Virus record (IMG/VR): IMGVR_UViG_3300046823_000207
Span: 1-38,868 of that record
DNA from: a virus
Taxonomy: Duplodnaviria > Caudoviricetes
Reading direction: 5' to 3' (one strand)
Length of the DNA stretch: 38,868 nt
Part shown: positions 27,056 to 34,592 of the stretch, piece by piece
Layout: each line of letters begins with the position of its first letter
Position numbering within the stretch: position 1 is the first letter of the stretch
The notes under the pieces: model-generated
What the model was told of the DNA's origin: nothing
The model's database searches: none
Seen by the model: the letters and a program-made list of their open reading frames with translations, nothing else
Translations under genes and position numbers: made by a program

Positions 27056-28353
27056 GTCTCCTCACCGACGTACCGCTGATTCGGTCCGTGCTGGGCGGCG
27101 GCAGCGGCGCAGGCCTCGGGCCGCGGACAGGCGCGGTCATCGCGGACGGGAAGGCGTATCTGGACGAGCAGGGGCACTTGCGCCCGCTCGGCCTGACGTT
27201 TTTCTCGCTGGTGTGGGGCGTGCGGCACGACTACGCCCGCTATTGCCAGAACGCGCAATGGGCGGCCGATCACGGCGTGCACGCGCCGCGCATTCTCGGC
27301 GAGGTCGGCGGGAGCTCGTGGGCCGACCGCGTCATCGACCCGCGCCTCGACACCTACGAGGACGACCTGGCGATGGCGCTCGACCTCCACGGCTCGCTCG
27401 GGATGCGGACGATCCTCTCGATCTTCGGCGGCGGCACCATCACCGATTGGGCCGGCATCGAGCTCACGGTGCGGAAAGTGATCAACGTCGTCGGCGCCCG
27501 CCTCGACGAGGTGCTCTGTCTCGAGATTGCCAACGAGGACAACTTCCCCGGCTCCGACGAGGACATGCAGCGCGTCGCGCGGATGATTCGCCAAGCGCTA
27601 CCCTCGGTCGTCCTGGCGCCGTGCTCGCTCGGCGACCTGCAGAAGACGGCACCGTTTCTCGGCAGCGACCGCTGCAACATGCAGAACCTCCACCAGGAGC
27701 GGCAGCCCGGCGATCTCAACTGGCGCCAGGCGCGGCAGCTGTGGGACGTGGGGCAGTGGTCGGTGCCGTGCGGTGCGCTCGAGCCGATGGGCGTCGAGCT
27801 GAAGCAGGGCGAGGACCTCAACGACCCGGTGCGGCTCGCCTTCTGCTGGGCGGTGGGCCTCTTCCAGGGCTTCCAGTGCTGGGTGCTCCACAGCGGCCCC
27901 GGCGTGCGCACCGGCGGGCAGTACGACGTCAACATGGGCCGCGCCTCGAACTTCTACGACATCGACGCCGTGCTCGGCGCGGCCGCGGCGGGCCTACTCG
28001 CGATGCAGGCGCTCGTCCCGCCAGACGCTGCCTACTGGCAAAAGACCTCGCAGCGCGGCCGCGAGCCGTGGCCGGACAACTTCCTCTACGCCGACGCGAT
28101 CTGGAGCGACGAGGGCGAGGACCACGGCGTGAGCCGGAACTACGTCGCGTACGGCGGCGGGCAGTTCTGTTGCCTGACCTACGGCGTGAAGCACTACGTC
28201 GAGCTGATCGCGCGCAAGCCCGTCTCGGGGACGGTCGTCGAGGTCCGCAGCGGGACGTCGACACCGTTTGCGATCCCCGCGAATGGCCGGCTCCGCCTGG
28301 CCGGGAACGCGGAGGCGGACTACGGCTACGTCCTCCTCGGCACGGTGGCGTGA
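27052..28353 (+). CDS. Putative clan GH-A TIM-barrel glycoside hydrolase
   Basis: GVHAPRIL, GMRTILSIF, LEIANE (acid/base), LEPMG (nucleophile position); GTGA overlap with the previous gene. Confidence 0.65.
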   Translation: MSLLTDVPLIRSVLGGGSGAGLGPRTGAVIADGKAYLDEQGHLRPLGLTFFSLVWGVRHDYARYCQNAQWAADHGVHAPRILGEVGGSSWADRVIDPRLDTYEDDLAMALDLHGSLGMRTILSIFGGGTITDWAGIELTVRKVINVVGARLDEVLCLEIANEDNFPGSDEDMQRVARMIRQALPSVVLAPCSLGDLQKTAPFLGSDRCNMQNLHQERQPGDLNWRQARQLWDVGQWSVPCGALEPMGVELKQGEDLNDPVRLAFCWAVGLFQGFQCWVLHSGPGVRTGGQYDVNMGRASNFYDIDAVLGAAAAGLLAMQALVPPDAAYWQKTSQRGREPWPDNFLYADAIWSDEGEDHGVSRNYVAYGGGQFCCLTYGVKHYVELIARKPVSGTVVEVRSGTSTPFAIPANGRLRLAGNAEADYGYVLLGTVA

Positions 28354-28463
28354 TGTTGGCCCGCGTGCGGCGCTGGTGGCAGGCACGGCGGGAGCGCCGG
28401 CGCCTGGCGAGTCTCGGCTGTTGCCCGGCGCACCGCGACCACTATCCGCGGCCGCTCGACTAG
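28353..28463 (+). CDS. Small basic protein
   Basis: TGATG coupling; 36 aa Arg-rich ORF. Confidence 0.4.
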   Translation: MLARVRRWWQARRERRRLASLGCCPAHRDHYPRPLD

Positions 28464-28559
28464 ACCGCCCGGGGCGGGCCTGGAAACCGCTCAGGGCGTC
28501 CTGCCGGGGCCGGGGATTGGGAATCCTCGGCTCCGGTGGCCTCGGCCGTCCGGCGGCCT

Positions 28560-28787
28560 TCAGGCCTCGCGTTCGGCCCTATAGGCTGCCAGGGCGGCCG
28601 TCCATGCGGCGACTTGTGCCTCGAGGTGCGCTTCAATCGAAAGAGGTGCCTGGAGTCCATACTCGCGTTTGATTTGCTTCCGCCAGGCCCCGATCGTTTT
28701 GACCGGCGTATCGAGAGGGAACCTCGCGGTATAGAGCACGCCGCGGACGCGGACGTAGGCCTCGAGCTTGTTGCCTTTACGGCGCAC
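28560..28787 (-). CDS. Stand-alone paralogue of the integrase N-terminal domain (start GTG 28787 or ATG 28832)
   Basis: KGNKLEAYVRVRGVLYT identical to the integrase N-terminus; GGAGAGG just upstream of the GTG. Confidence 0.8.
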   Translation of the reverse strand: MRRKGNKLEAYVRVRGVLYTARFPLDTPVKTIGAWRKQIKREYGLQAPLSIEAHLEAQVAAWTAALAAYRAEREA

Positions 28788-28798
28788 GCCTCTCCGCT

Positions 28799-28829
28799 TT
28801 TTCCAACTCTGAATTTCCAACTGTTGCCC
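28799..28829. repeat. Putative integrase arm-type sites, left arm
   Basis: TTTTCCAACT-N5-TTTCCAACTGTTGCCC, matched at 29031-29060. Confidence 0.7.
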
Positions 28830-28938
28830 CATTCTATGGCGTAGATCGGCATTTATCGGCACTGATGGCGATTGAGAACCGAGGGCCGAATTCACCGAAC
28901 TATTGAATGATTTGCTGAGAATTTCTGGGGATTCTGGC

Positions 28939-28982
28939 TGGCGTCCCCAGCGGGATTCGAACCCGCGTTTTAGCCTTGAAAG
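28939..28982 (-). mobile_element. attP core: 3' half of tRNA-Glu(UUC)
   Basis: Minus strand reads CTTTCAA GGCTA AAAC GCGGG TTCGAAT CCCGC TGGGGAC G CCA (anticodon loop, T arm, acceptor strand, CCA); no 5' half; abuts the integrase stop. Confidence 0.92.
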
Positions 28983-28985
28983 CGG

Positions 28986-30257
28986 CTACCCAACGGATCG
29001 TAAGTGGTTGACCGCGCGCAGCTTCGGTCGTTTTCCAACTTTCGTTTCCAACAGTTGCCCGGAACCCGACCCCGCGACCGTCGTCGGCGGCGCGGCGAGC
29101 GTCACCGCCGGGAGGTGGGCGATCGTCGCCGCAAACGCCGCCGCGGCCGCGCGGTCGACCTCGGCGTGGGCCGCCTTGGTATAGCGCGCCGTCACCGTCG
29201 AGCCCTCGGCATGGAGCATCTGCCGGGCGACGGTGGCCTGGTCGCCCGTGGCGCGGTACGCCTGCGCGCCGAAGCTGTGGCGCAAATCGTAGAGCGTCGC
29301 GAACCCGCCGCCGAGCCGGACGCCGGCGCGGCGCGCCGCCTTCTGGAACGACCGATTGACGGGGTCGGCGTTGATCGGGCCCCAGGCGTCCGCGGCCGCA
29401 AACGCCGCGAACGCGGCGCGGCCGTGCGGGTTGAGTTCGAGGGTCCGCGGCTCGACCCCGCCGCCCTTCTCGCGTCGCCCGACGCGCACCGTCGCCGGGT
29501 CGGCGGCCAGGTCGAGGTCGGCGGCCGCGAGCGCGCCGAGGACGGCCGGCGGGAGACCGGTGTACGCCATCACGGCGGCGATTAACTTGGCGCGCGTGAG
29601 GGTCGTCGGGGCCTCGCCTTTGCGCGGCGTGTGATAGTCGGGCATCGCGGCGAGGACGCGCGCGATCGTGGCGTAGTCGGTGCCGCGCGCCTCGAGTTTG
29701 CCGGCGGCGGGGGCGGGGAAACTCAGCGCCTTCTGCACGGGGTTCTCGACGCCGGCGAGGCCGCGATTCATGACCTCGTAAAACGTGCGGAGGGAGTTCC
29801 GACGTTTCTGGATCGTTTGCTTGTCGAGCCCGGTGGCGCGCGGTGGCCGGCCGCGGCGTTGCGCGGGCCGGTCGGCCGGCGGCGGCGGCGCCGCGAGGAC
29901 CCACTGATTCATCACGACGTCGATCTCTTCGGTCTTGATGGTATGGCGTGAGCGATCACGGCCGAGCGCGGCCGCCCACGCCTCGAGGTGCGCGAGGATC
30001 TGGCGCCGCGTCGGTTTGGCGGCGATGCGTTTCGCATACGCGTCGATGTCGGCCGCGAGGCCGCACGACCGATCGGCGCGGCCGCCGCCGAAGTTCTCGC
30101 GTTTTGTTTTGGTGCGCCACGTGTCCATTGTCTCGACCGGCGTGCCGAGATCGAACCGTTCGGTATAGAGGACGCCGCGCACGCGCACGTACGCCTCGAG
30201 CTTGTTTCCTTTGAGGCGGACGCCTGTGCGAATCGCTTGGCCTTTACGTTTCGTCAT
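28986..30257 (-). CDS. int: Tyrosine integrase
   Basis: YDLRHSFG, MLH...TARY motifs; core-binding domain; adjacent attP. Box I reads TGLP instead of TGLR. Confidence 0.9.
   Translation of the reverse strand: MTKRKGQAIRTGVRLKGNKLEAYVRVRGVLYTERFDLGTPVETMDTWRTKTKRENFGGGRADRSCGLAADIDAYAKRIAAKPTRRQILAHLEAWAAALGRDRSRHTIKTEEIDVVMNQWVLAAPPPPADRPAQRRGRPPRATGLDKQTIQKRRNSLRTFYEVMNRGLAGVENPVQKALSFPAPAAGKLEARGTDYATIARVLAAMPDYHTPRKGEAPTTLTRAKLIAAVMAYTGLPPAVLGALAAADLDLAADPATVRVGRREKGGGVEPRTLELNPHGRAAFAAFAAADAWGPINADPVNRSFQKAARRAGVRLGGGFATLYDLRHSFGAQAYRATGDQATVARQMLHAEGSTVTARYTKAAHAEVDRAAAAAFAATIAHLPAVTLAAPPTTVAGSGSGQLLETKVGKRPKLRAVNHLRSVG
29031..29060. repeat. Putative integrase arm-type sites, right arm (inside int 3' end)
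   Basis: TTTTCCAACT-N4-TTTCCAACAGTTGCCC. Confidence 0.7.
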
Positions 30258-30583
30258 ACATTCGTGCCTTTACGTGTCGGTCCCGTGCGTCGCGCGCGCC
30301 TACTGGCGCGGCTCCAGTTCTGCACCAGGTCGAGGACCACGATCCGCGCTTGTGGACGCACCGCCCGATAGGCGCGCAAGAGCGCCAATTCCTCGACTGT
30401 CAAGTTGAGAAAGTCGAGCGCGTTGCTCGTTTCCCGCAGGAGCGCGCGACGAAATCCCGCATCGCGCGCGGCGCGCGCGAGCACGGTCTCGGTAAAATCC
30501 TTCGTCAGTGCCATGTGGCCTCGCTTACGCTTTCCGCCGTTTGTAATCGGCCCAGCGATCGATTGGCTTTTGCGTTTCGTCAC
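30254..30583 (-). CDS. Small chimeric regulator: antitoxin-like N-terminal helix plus XRE-type C-terminal helices
   Basis: MALTKDFTETVLARAARDAGFRRALLRE, then LTVEELALLRAYRAVRPQAR; coupled to both neighbours. Confidence 0.65.
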   Translation of the reverse strand: MTKRKSQSIAGPITNGGKRKRGHMALTKDFTETVLARAARDAGFRRALLRETSNALDFLNLTVEELALLRAYRAVRPQARIVVLDLVQNWSRASRRARRTGPTRKGTNV

Positions 30584-30936
30584 AGTTTTTCGTCCTTCTC
30601 ACTCACGACTGGTTCGCTGATCTTCTTCTTCGGCCGCCCGCGGCGAGGTGTGGGCGCTGGCGGCGTGGATGGTGGCGTGGCCTCCAGTGCGGCGATGTCG
30701 GCGTCAGTCTTTGTGAGCATCTGGGCGAGGTCGCGGCGGAGCTGTTGGAGCTTGTCACGCCGCGCGCGCGTGGCCTTCTCGGTCGCGAGCATGTCGACGC
30801 AGACCGACACACACATATCGCAGATATACACGGCGCTCTTTCCTTGGATCAGGAACTCTGTATCGTCATCGCCCAGCCCACAAAACGAGCACGCGACGCC
30901 ACTCACGGTCTTGTTCTTCACCGTCTCGTCAGTCAT
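30580..30936 (-). CDS. ClpX C4-type zinc finger protein with coiled coil
   Basis: CSFCG...LIQG..VYICDMCVSVC; no ATPase domain. Confidence 0.88.
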   Translation of the reverse strand: MTDETVKNKTVSGVACSFCGLGDDDTEFLIQGKSAVYICDMCVSVCVDMLATEKATRARRDKLQQLRRDLAQMLTKTDADIAALEATPPSTPPAPTPRRGRPKKKISEPVVSEKDEKL

Positions 30937-30969
30937 GCGGCACCTGCGCGGGTGGCGCGACGGGGGGAA

Positions 30970-31404
30970 TTAGACGGAACGTGCCGGGGCGTGTGAACTG
31001 CGCGCCGCCTGGAGCTTGATCAGCGTGGCCAAGAGGTCTTCGAGCGCCTTCCGGGCCTTGGTCAATTCGGGCGACGATTGCAGCAGGCGCCATTGGCGGG
31101 CGCGCTGCTCTTCGATCGGGGTCAATCGCACGCCTCCCGATCGGAGCGCCGACCGCCTGGCCGGCATCCCGTAGAGATCTTCGATGAGGTCGGCTACCGC
31201 GCCATGGCCCGCCGCGCGCAGGATTTTCGAGGGCGAGGCCCCCGTGACCTCGGCGAGCTTGAGGCAGATCTGGGGAGTGGCGGTCTCTTTCGCCAGTATC
31301 TTGCTGAACTTGTCTTGCGTGATACCGATCGCCTTGGCGAGATCTACATTTTTGCCTCCGTACCCGACGACGAGGCTCTCCACGAGGGTCCGAAAATCGC
31401 CCAT
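30970..31404 (-). CDS. XRE-family repressor B
   Basis: HTH DLAKAIGITQDKFSKIL; clear paralogue of 31750-32208. Confidence 0.85.
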   Translation of the reverse strand: MGDFRTLVESLVVGYGGKNVDLAKAIGITQDKFSKILAKETATPQICLKLAEVTGASPSKILRAAGHGAVADLIEDLYGMPARRSALRSGGVRLTPIEEQRARQWRLLQSSPELTKARKALEDLLATLIKLQAARSSHAPARSV

Positions 31405-31415
31405 GACTGGCCCCT

Positions 31416-31453
31416 AGTGTAAGCGTGGCGCGGCAACCGTGGCAATAATTGCA
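31416..31453 (-). promoter_or_regulatory. Putative promoter and operator for repressor B
   Basis: TTGCCA-N18-TACACT on the minus strand; GGCAA-TAA-TTGCA at 31441-31453 overlaps the -35. Confidence 0.55.
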
Positions 31454-31479
31454 AAGAATAGCCCGGCTCGGGACCGCGC

Positions 31480-31662
31480 TTACCCCCGGCGCCCCAGCGT
31501 GCGGATCAGCGTCGCAATCGCGCGTTGAATCTGCGGGGGGAGACGCCGCCAGGCGACCAGGTCGCGTGACAGATGCGCGCGGGCGGGTTTGGGTCGCGGC
31601 ACGGTCCGCACCACGCCCTTCGCTGTCACAATGTGCAGTGTCCTGTTGGTCTTTGCAGCCAT
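31480..31662 (-). CDS. Small protein with oligomerisation-helix motif and no HTH
   Basis: GGAGCAGGA site; WRRLPPQIQRAIATLI. Confidence 0.65.
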   Translation of the reverse strand: MAAKTNRTLHIVTAKGVVRTVPRPKPARAHLSRDLVAWRRLPPQIQRAIATLIRTLGRRG

Positions 31663-31749
31663 CGGTGTCCTGCTCCGCATGAAGGAACGCGGCCCGGACG
31701 AAGCGTCGCGCGTTCGTGCCTGTGTCGTCTCCGGGAAAGGCGTCGGGAC

Positions 31750-32208
31750 TCACGAGGCGCCCTTCTGCCGGCGGTCCGCCTCCCGGCGGCGGCGAAAGGG
31801 CGTCAGTTTCGGGACTCGTCCCTGCTTCTGCACGCCGTAGTCCACGATCGTATAGAAGGCGCTGGCGGTCTTGGGATCGAGGACGCGCATGGCCGTTATG
31901 TGTTTCTGTTCGTACGGCGTCAGCTGCATACCGAGAAACGCTTGCCGACGTTCGGCCGCCGGGCCATAAAGGTCTTCAATCACGTCCGCGACGTCCCCTT
32001 TGCCCGCGGCGCGTAAGATCCGCGACGCCGATGTCCCGGTTACGGTGGCGAGCCGCAAGCACACTTCCACGCTCGGCGCGTGCGGCGCGCGGCTCCGAAG
32101 GAAATGACTCAACGTTGACGGCGTCACGCCGATCGCCTCCGCTAGATCTTTTTTAGCGCCCCCGTACTGCGTCACCAGTTCTTCCAGGAGTTGTCGGAAT
32201 TCGGTCAT
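31750..32208 (-). CDS. XRE-family repressor A (CI-like)
   Basis: HTH DLAEAIGVTPSTLSHFL; divergent from the cro-like gene. Confidence 0.88.
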   Translation of the reverse strand: MTEFRQLLEELVTQYGGAKKDLAEAIGVTPSTLSHFLRSRAPHAPSVEVCLRLATVTGTSASRILRAAGKGDVADVIEDLYGPAAERRQAFLGMQLTPYEQKHITAMRVLDPKTASAFYTIVDYGVQKQGRVPKLTPFRRRREADRRQKGAS

Positions 32209-32414
32209 AGCTGCATCTGTCCTTTGCCTGTTGGGTTTCCGCCGCACTGTGGAAACTTACAGCCTTCTTGCAAATATTGCAAGACTCAGCATTGACGAAT
32301 CAGCTATCAGTCGATCGCAACTTGACTTTATAGCACGTCTACTTGTAGCCTTTGCGTTCTTGGCAAGTGCAATGATTGCACTTTACGCAATCACAAGACA
32401 CGCGAAGGAGTCGC
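32209..32414. promoter_or_regulatory. Divergent lysis-lysogeny switch region with palindromic operators
   Basis: AT-rich; TCTTGCAAataTTGCAAGA (32266-32284), AAGTGCAATgATTGCACTT (32365-32383); leftward TTGCAA-N17-TAAGTT and rightward TTGACT-N18-TAGCCT. Confidence 0.8.
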
Positions 32415-32702
32415 ATGACTCAGGACCGGCCGGACAACCCCTTGGAGCTGCTCGACGACTACCGCCTGGCGCACGACTGGACGTGGGCGGATTTCGCGGC
32501 CGCGATGGCGCGGGTCGACATCCAGATGTCCCCGCGGACTCTGCACTACCTGGCCAAATCGACGGCGGCGTCGAAGCCGCACGATCGCACGGTTCACAAG
32601 ATTCGGCTGTTCTTCGAGCGCGCGAAGAGCAACCGCGCGGCTCACTCCCGCGACTGCAAGTGCCGCCTGACGGGCCGGCGGAAGTCGGCGAGCGCCGCAT
32701 GA
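32415..32702 (+). CDS. Cro-like HTH regulator
   Basis: AAGGAG site; LDDYRLAHDWTWADFAAAM...SPRTLHY. Confidence 0.75.
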   Translation: MTQDRPDNPLELLDDYRLAHDWTWADFAAAMARVDIQMSPRTLHYLAKSTAASKPHDRTVHKIRLFFERAKSNRAAHSRDCKCRLTGRRKSASAA

Positions 32703-32733
32703 TCCGCGTCGATCTCCTGATGTGGGCACGGCC

Positions 32734-32949
32734 ATGAACGACACGCGCTGCTACACCTCGGCGCAAGTGCGGGAGAAACTCCAGCTGCCGCGCCGCACCT
32801 TCTTCAAGCTGAAGAAAGCCGGGCAGCTTCCCATGCTCGAGGAGCTGCGCCCGCGCATCGGCCGCACCACGCGCTACCGCGCCGACCTCATTGACCGTTA
32901 CCTCGAGGGCCGCTTCCAGGTGGTCCGATCCTTCTCGCGCGCGAGGTGA
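32734..32949 (+). CDS. Excisionase-like (AlpA/MerR-type HTH) protein
   Basis: YTSAQVREKLQLPRRTFFKLKKAGQLP...IGRTTRYRADLIDRYL. Confidence 0.8.
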   Translation: MNDTRCYTSAQVREKLQLPRRTFFKLKKAGQLPMLEELRPRIGRTTRYRADLIDRYLEGRFQVVRSFSRAR

Positions 32950-32953
32950 CCAG

Positions 32954-33259
32954 ATGCCGCCCGAGCTTCGACCGGCCACGCCGGCGCCGCCGACTTTCCT
33001 GAGCCCCCGCGCGGTCATCCGCGCGACCGCCTGGGTCGTGCCTCGCCGCGGCGACCCCGGCACGCCCTATTACTTGATCGTCACCGGGCCTGACCAGGAC
33101 CCCGGCGCCGCCGAGCAGCTCTATCTCACGCGCGACCCGGCTCTCTACGCGACGGCCGCCGCCATTGAAGGCAGCGAGCGCCGTGTGCAATTGCAATGGT
33201 GGGCCGGCCAGGCCGTCGGCACGCAGCGCGCACGGCGGATTTTGGAGGCCATCCGATGA
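32954..33259 (+). CDS. Hypothetical protein
   Basis: GAGGTG site; coupled to the next gene. Confidence 0.65.
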   Translation: MPPELRPATPAPPTFLSPRAVIRATAWVVPRRGDPGTPYYLIVTGPDQDPGAAEQLYLTRDPALYATAAAIEGSERRVQLQWWAGQAVGTQRARRILEAIR

Positions 33260-33612
33260 CGCGGCGGTCCGAGGCCGGCTTCCGCCACGGGCTGCGTGTG
33301 CGCGTCGGCGGCACGGCGAGCTCGCCGAAAGGCGTGCTCCTGCAGTGCGAGGGCCGGAACGGCCCGTATTGGAAAGTGCGCCTGCAGAGCGGCGCGTGGG
33401 TCTGGCCCGACGACCTGGTCGTCGATGGGCCTGGCGACCAGATGCACGCCGCGTGCGCCAGCTGCGGGCTGTCCTATCTCACGAGCGCCGGCAGCGGTGA
33501 ACTGATTTGCCGGCGCTGCGACGCCGAGCAATTCGGCACGGCGGTGCGCGCGACCGAGCCGCCGGCGGCCCATGCCTTCGACCACTATCCCGCGCATCGG
33601 CGGCGGCGCTAG
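33256..33612 (+). CDS. Hypothetical protein with zinc ribbon
   Basis: CASC...CRRC; GGAGG site; ATGA overlap. Confidence 0.7.
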   Translation: MTRRSEAGFRHGLRVRVGGTASSPKGVLLQCEGRNGPYWKVRLQSGAWVWPDDLVVDGPGDQMHAACASCGLSYLTSAGSGELICRRCDAEQFGTAVRATEPPAAHAFDHYPAHRRRR

Positions 33613-33641
33613 ACAACCCCATCCCCACCCGGAGGTTTCGC

Positions 33642-34589
33642 ATGATCGATGACGACGACGACACCCCATCCACCGCGACCGTCGACAAGATCAACATTCG
33701 CCGCCCCGACATCCCAGTCACCCTCGGCGAGCTCGCCGCGCTCAAGGGCGACGCGCTCGAGGTCGTCGACGCGCGCGTGCAGATTCTCGACACGCTGCGC
33801 CGCGCCTCGATCCGCGCGACGCATCCCGAGGACTGGGTCCTCTTCAAGGCGCGCGACGAGGACGGCGGGCAGATCGTCGGCTTTCTCGAGGACGCCGGCA
33901 CCGACCGCGTGCGCGCCATCTGGGGCATTCGCATCTTCAACGTCAGCCGCCCCGACAAGATCGTAGGCAACGACCCCGGCGACTTCCTCATCCTGCTCAC
34001 CGGCGACGGCGAGTGCGCGATCACCCACGAGATCGTCGAGCAGGTCGAGGGCGGCCGCGGCTCGAAGGACGACTTCTGCAAGGACAAGCACGGCGCCGCG
34101 CTCGAGCTCGCCGTGCGCAAGGCCGCGCGCGCGAACCTCGATGGCGGCATCACGCGCGAGCTCGCCGGCATGAAGAGCGTCCCGGTGCAGGAACTCGAAG
34201 CCGCCTGGGCCGGCACCGCGAAAACGATCGACCGCTGCCGGAAGGGTCGCGGGTTCGGCACGCATACCGCGCGCCTGGGCGGCGTGGAGGCCGCAGACCT
34301 CGGACTCGTGCCGCCCAACTGCAAGGTCTGCGGCAAGGCGATGCAGCTGCGCACGAGCGCGCGCGGCCAGTTCTACTCCTGCAACGACTACAAGGCGCAC
34401 GGCCGCGACGCGCACACCTGGGACCTTGAGAAGTGGCGCGAACAGCCCGCCTCGCGGAAACCAACGACGCCTCTGACGCCAGCGACCGGCGCACCGACGA
34501 AGCCGGTCACCAAGGTCGAGCGCGAGCTCACGGCCGACGACGTGTTCGGCAACGGCCGGCACCAGCGCGACCCCGGCGAGGAGGGCTGA
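33642..34589 (+). CDS. Putative single-strand annealing protein with topoisomerase-type C4 zinc ribbon
   Basis: CKVCGKAMQLRTSARGQFYSCNDY; acidic C-terminal RDPGEEG; exonuclease nearby; GGAGG site. Function inferred from context. Confidence 0.55.
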   Translation: MIDDDDDTPSTATVDKINIRRPDIPVTLGELAALKGDALEVVDARVQILDTLRRASIRATHPEDWVLFKARDEDGGQIVGFLEDAGTDRVRAIWGIRIFNVSRPDKIVGNDPGDFLILLTGDGECAITHEIVEQVEGGRGSKDDFCKDKHGAALELAVRKAARANLDGGITRELAGMKSVPVQELEAAWAGTAKTIDRCRKGRGFGTHTARLGGVEAADLGLVPPNCKVCGKAMQLRTSARGQFYSCNDYKAHGRDAHTWDLEKWREQPASRKPTTPLTPATGAPTKPVTKVERELTADDVFGNGRHQRDPGEEG

Positions 34590-34592
34590 TGC

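Noticed and set aside
28464-28560. Intrinsic terminator between the convergent operons
   Set aside because: Only short GC hairpins without a U-tract on either strand; not supportable.
28939-28990. Complete tRNA gene
   Set aside because: Only the 3' half is present; the D arm and 5' acceptor strand are replaced by int coding sequence, so it is an att core.
30580-30936. clpX gene or pseudogene captured from the host
   Set aside because: No AAA+ remnant; the finger is fused to an unrelated coiled coil in an intact, coupled ORF.
32690-32702. ssrA-like C-terminal Ala-Ala degron on Cro
   Set aside because: Portal, GT-B and the methyltransferase also end in AA because of the GCATGA stop-start overlap, so the signal is not specific.
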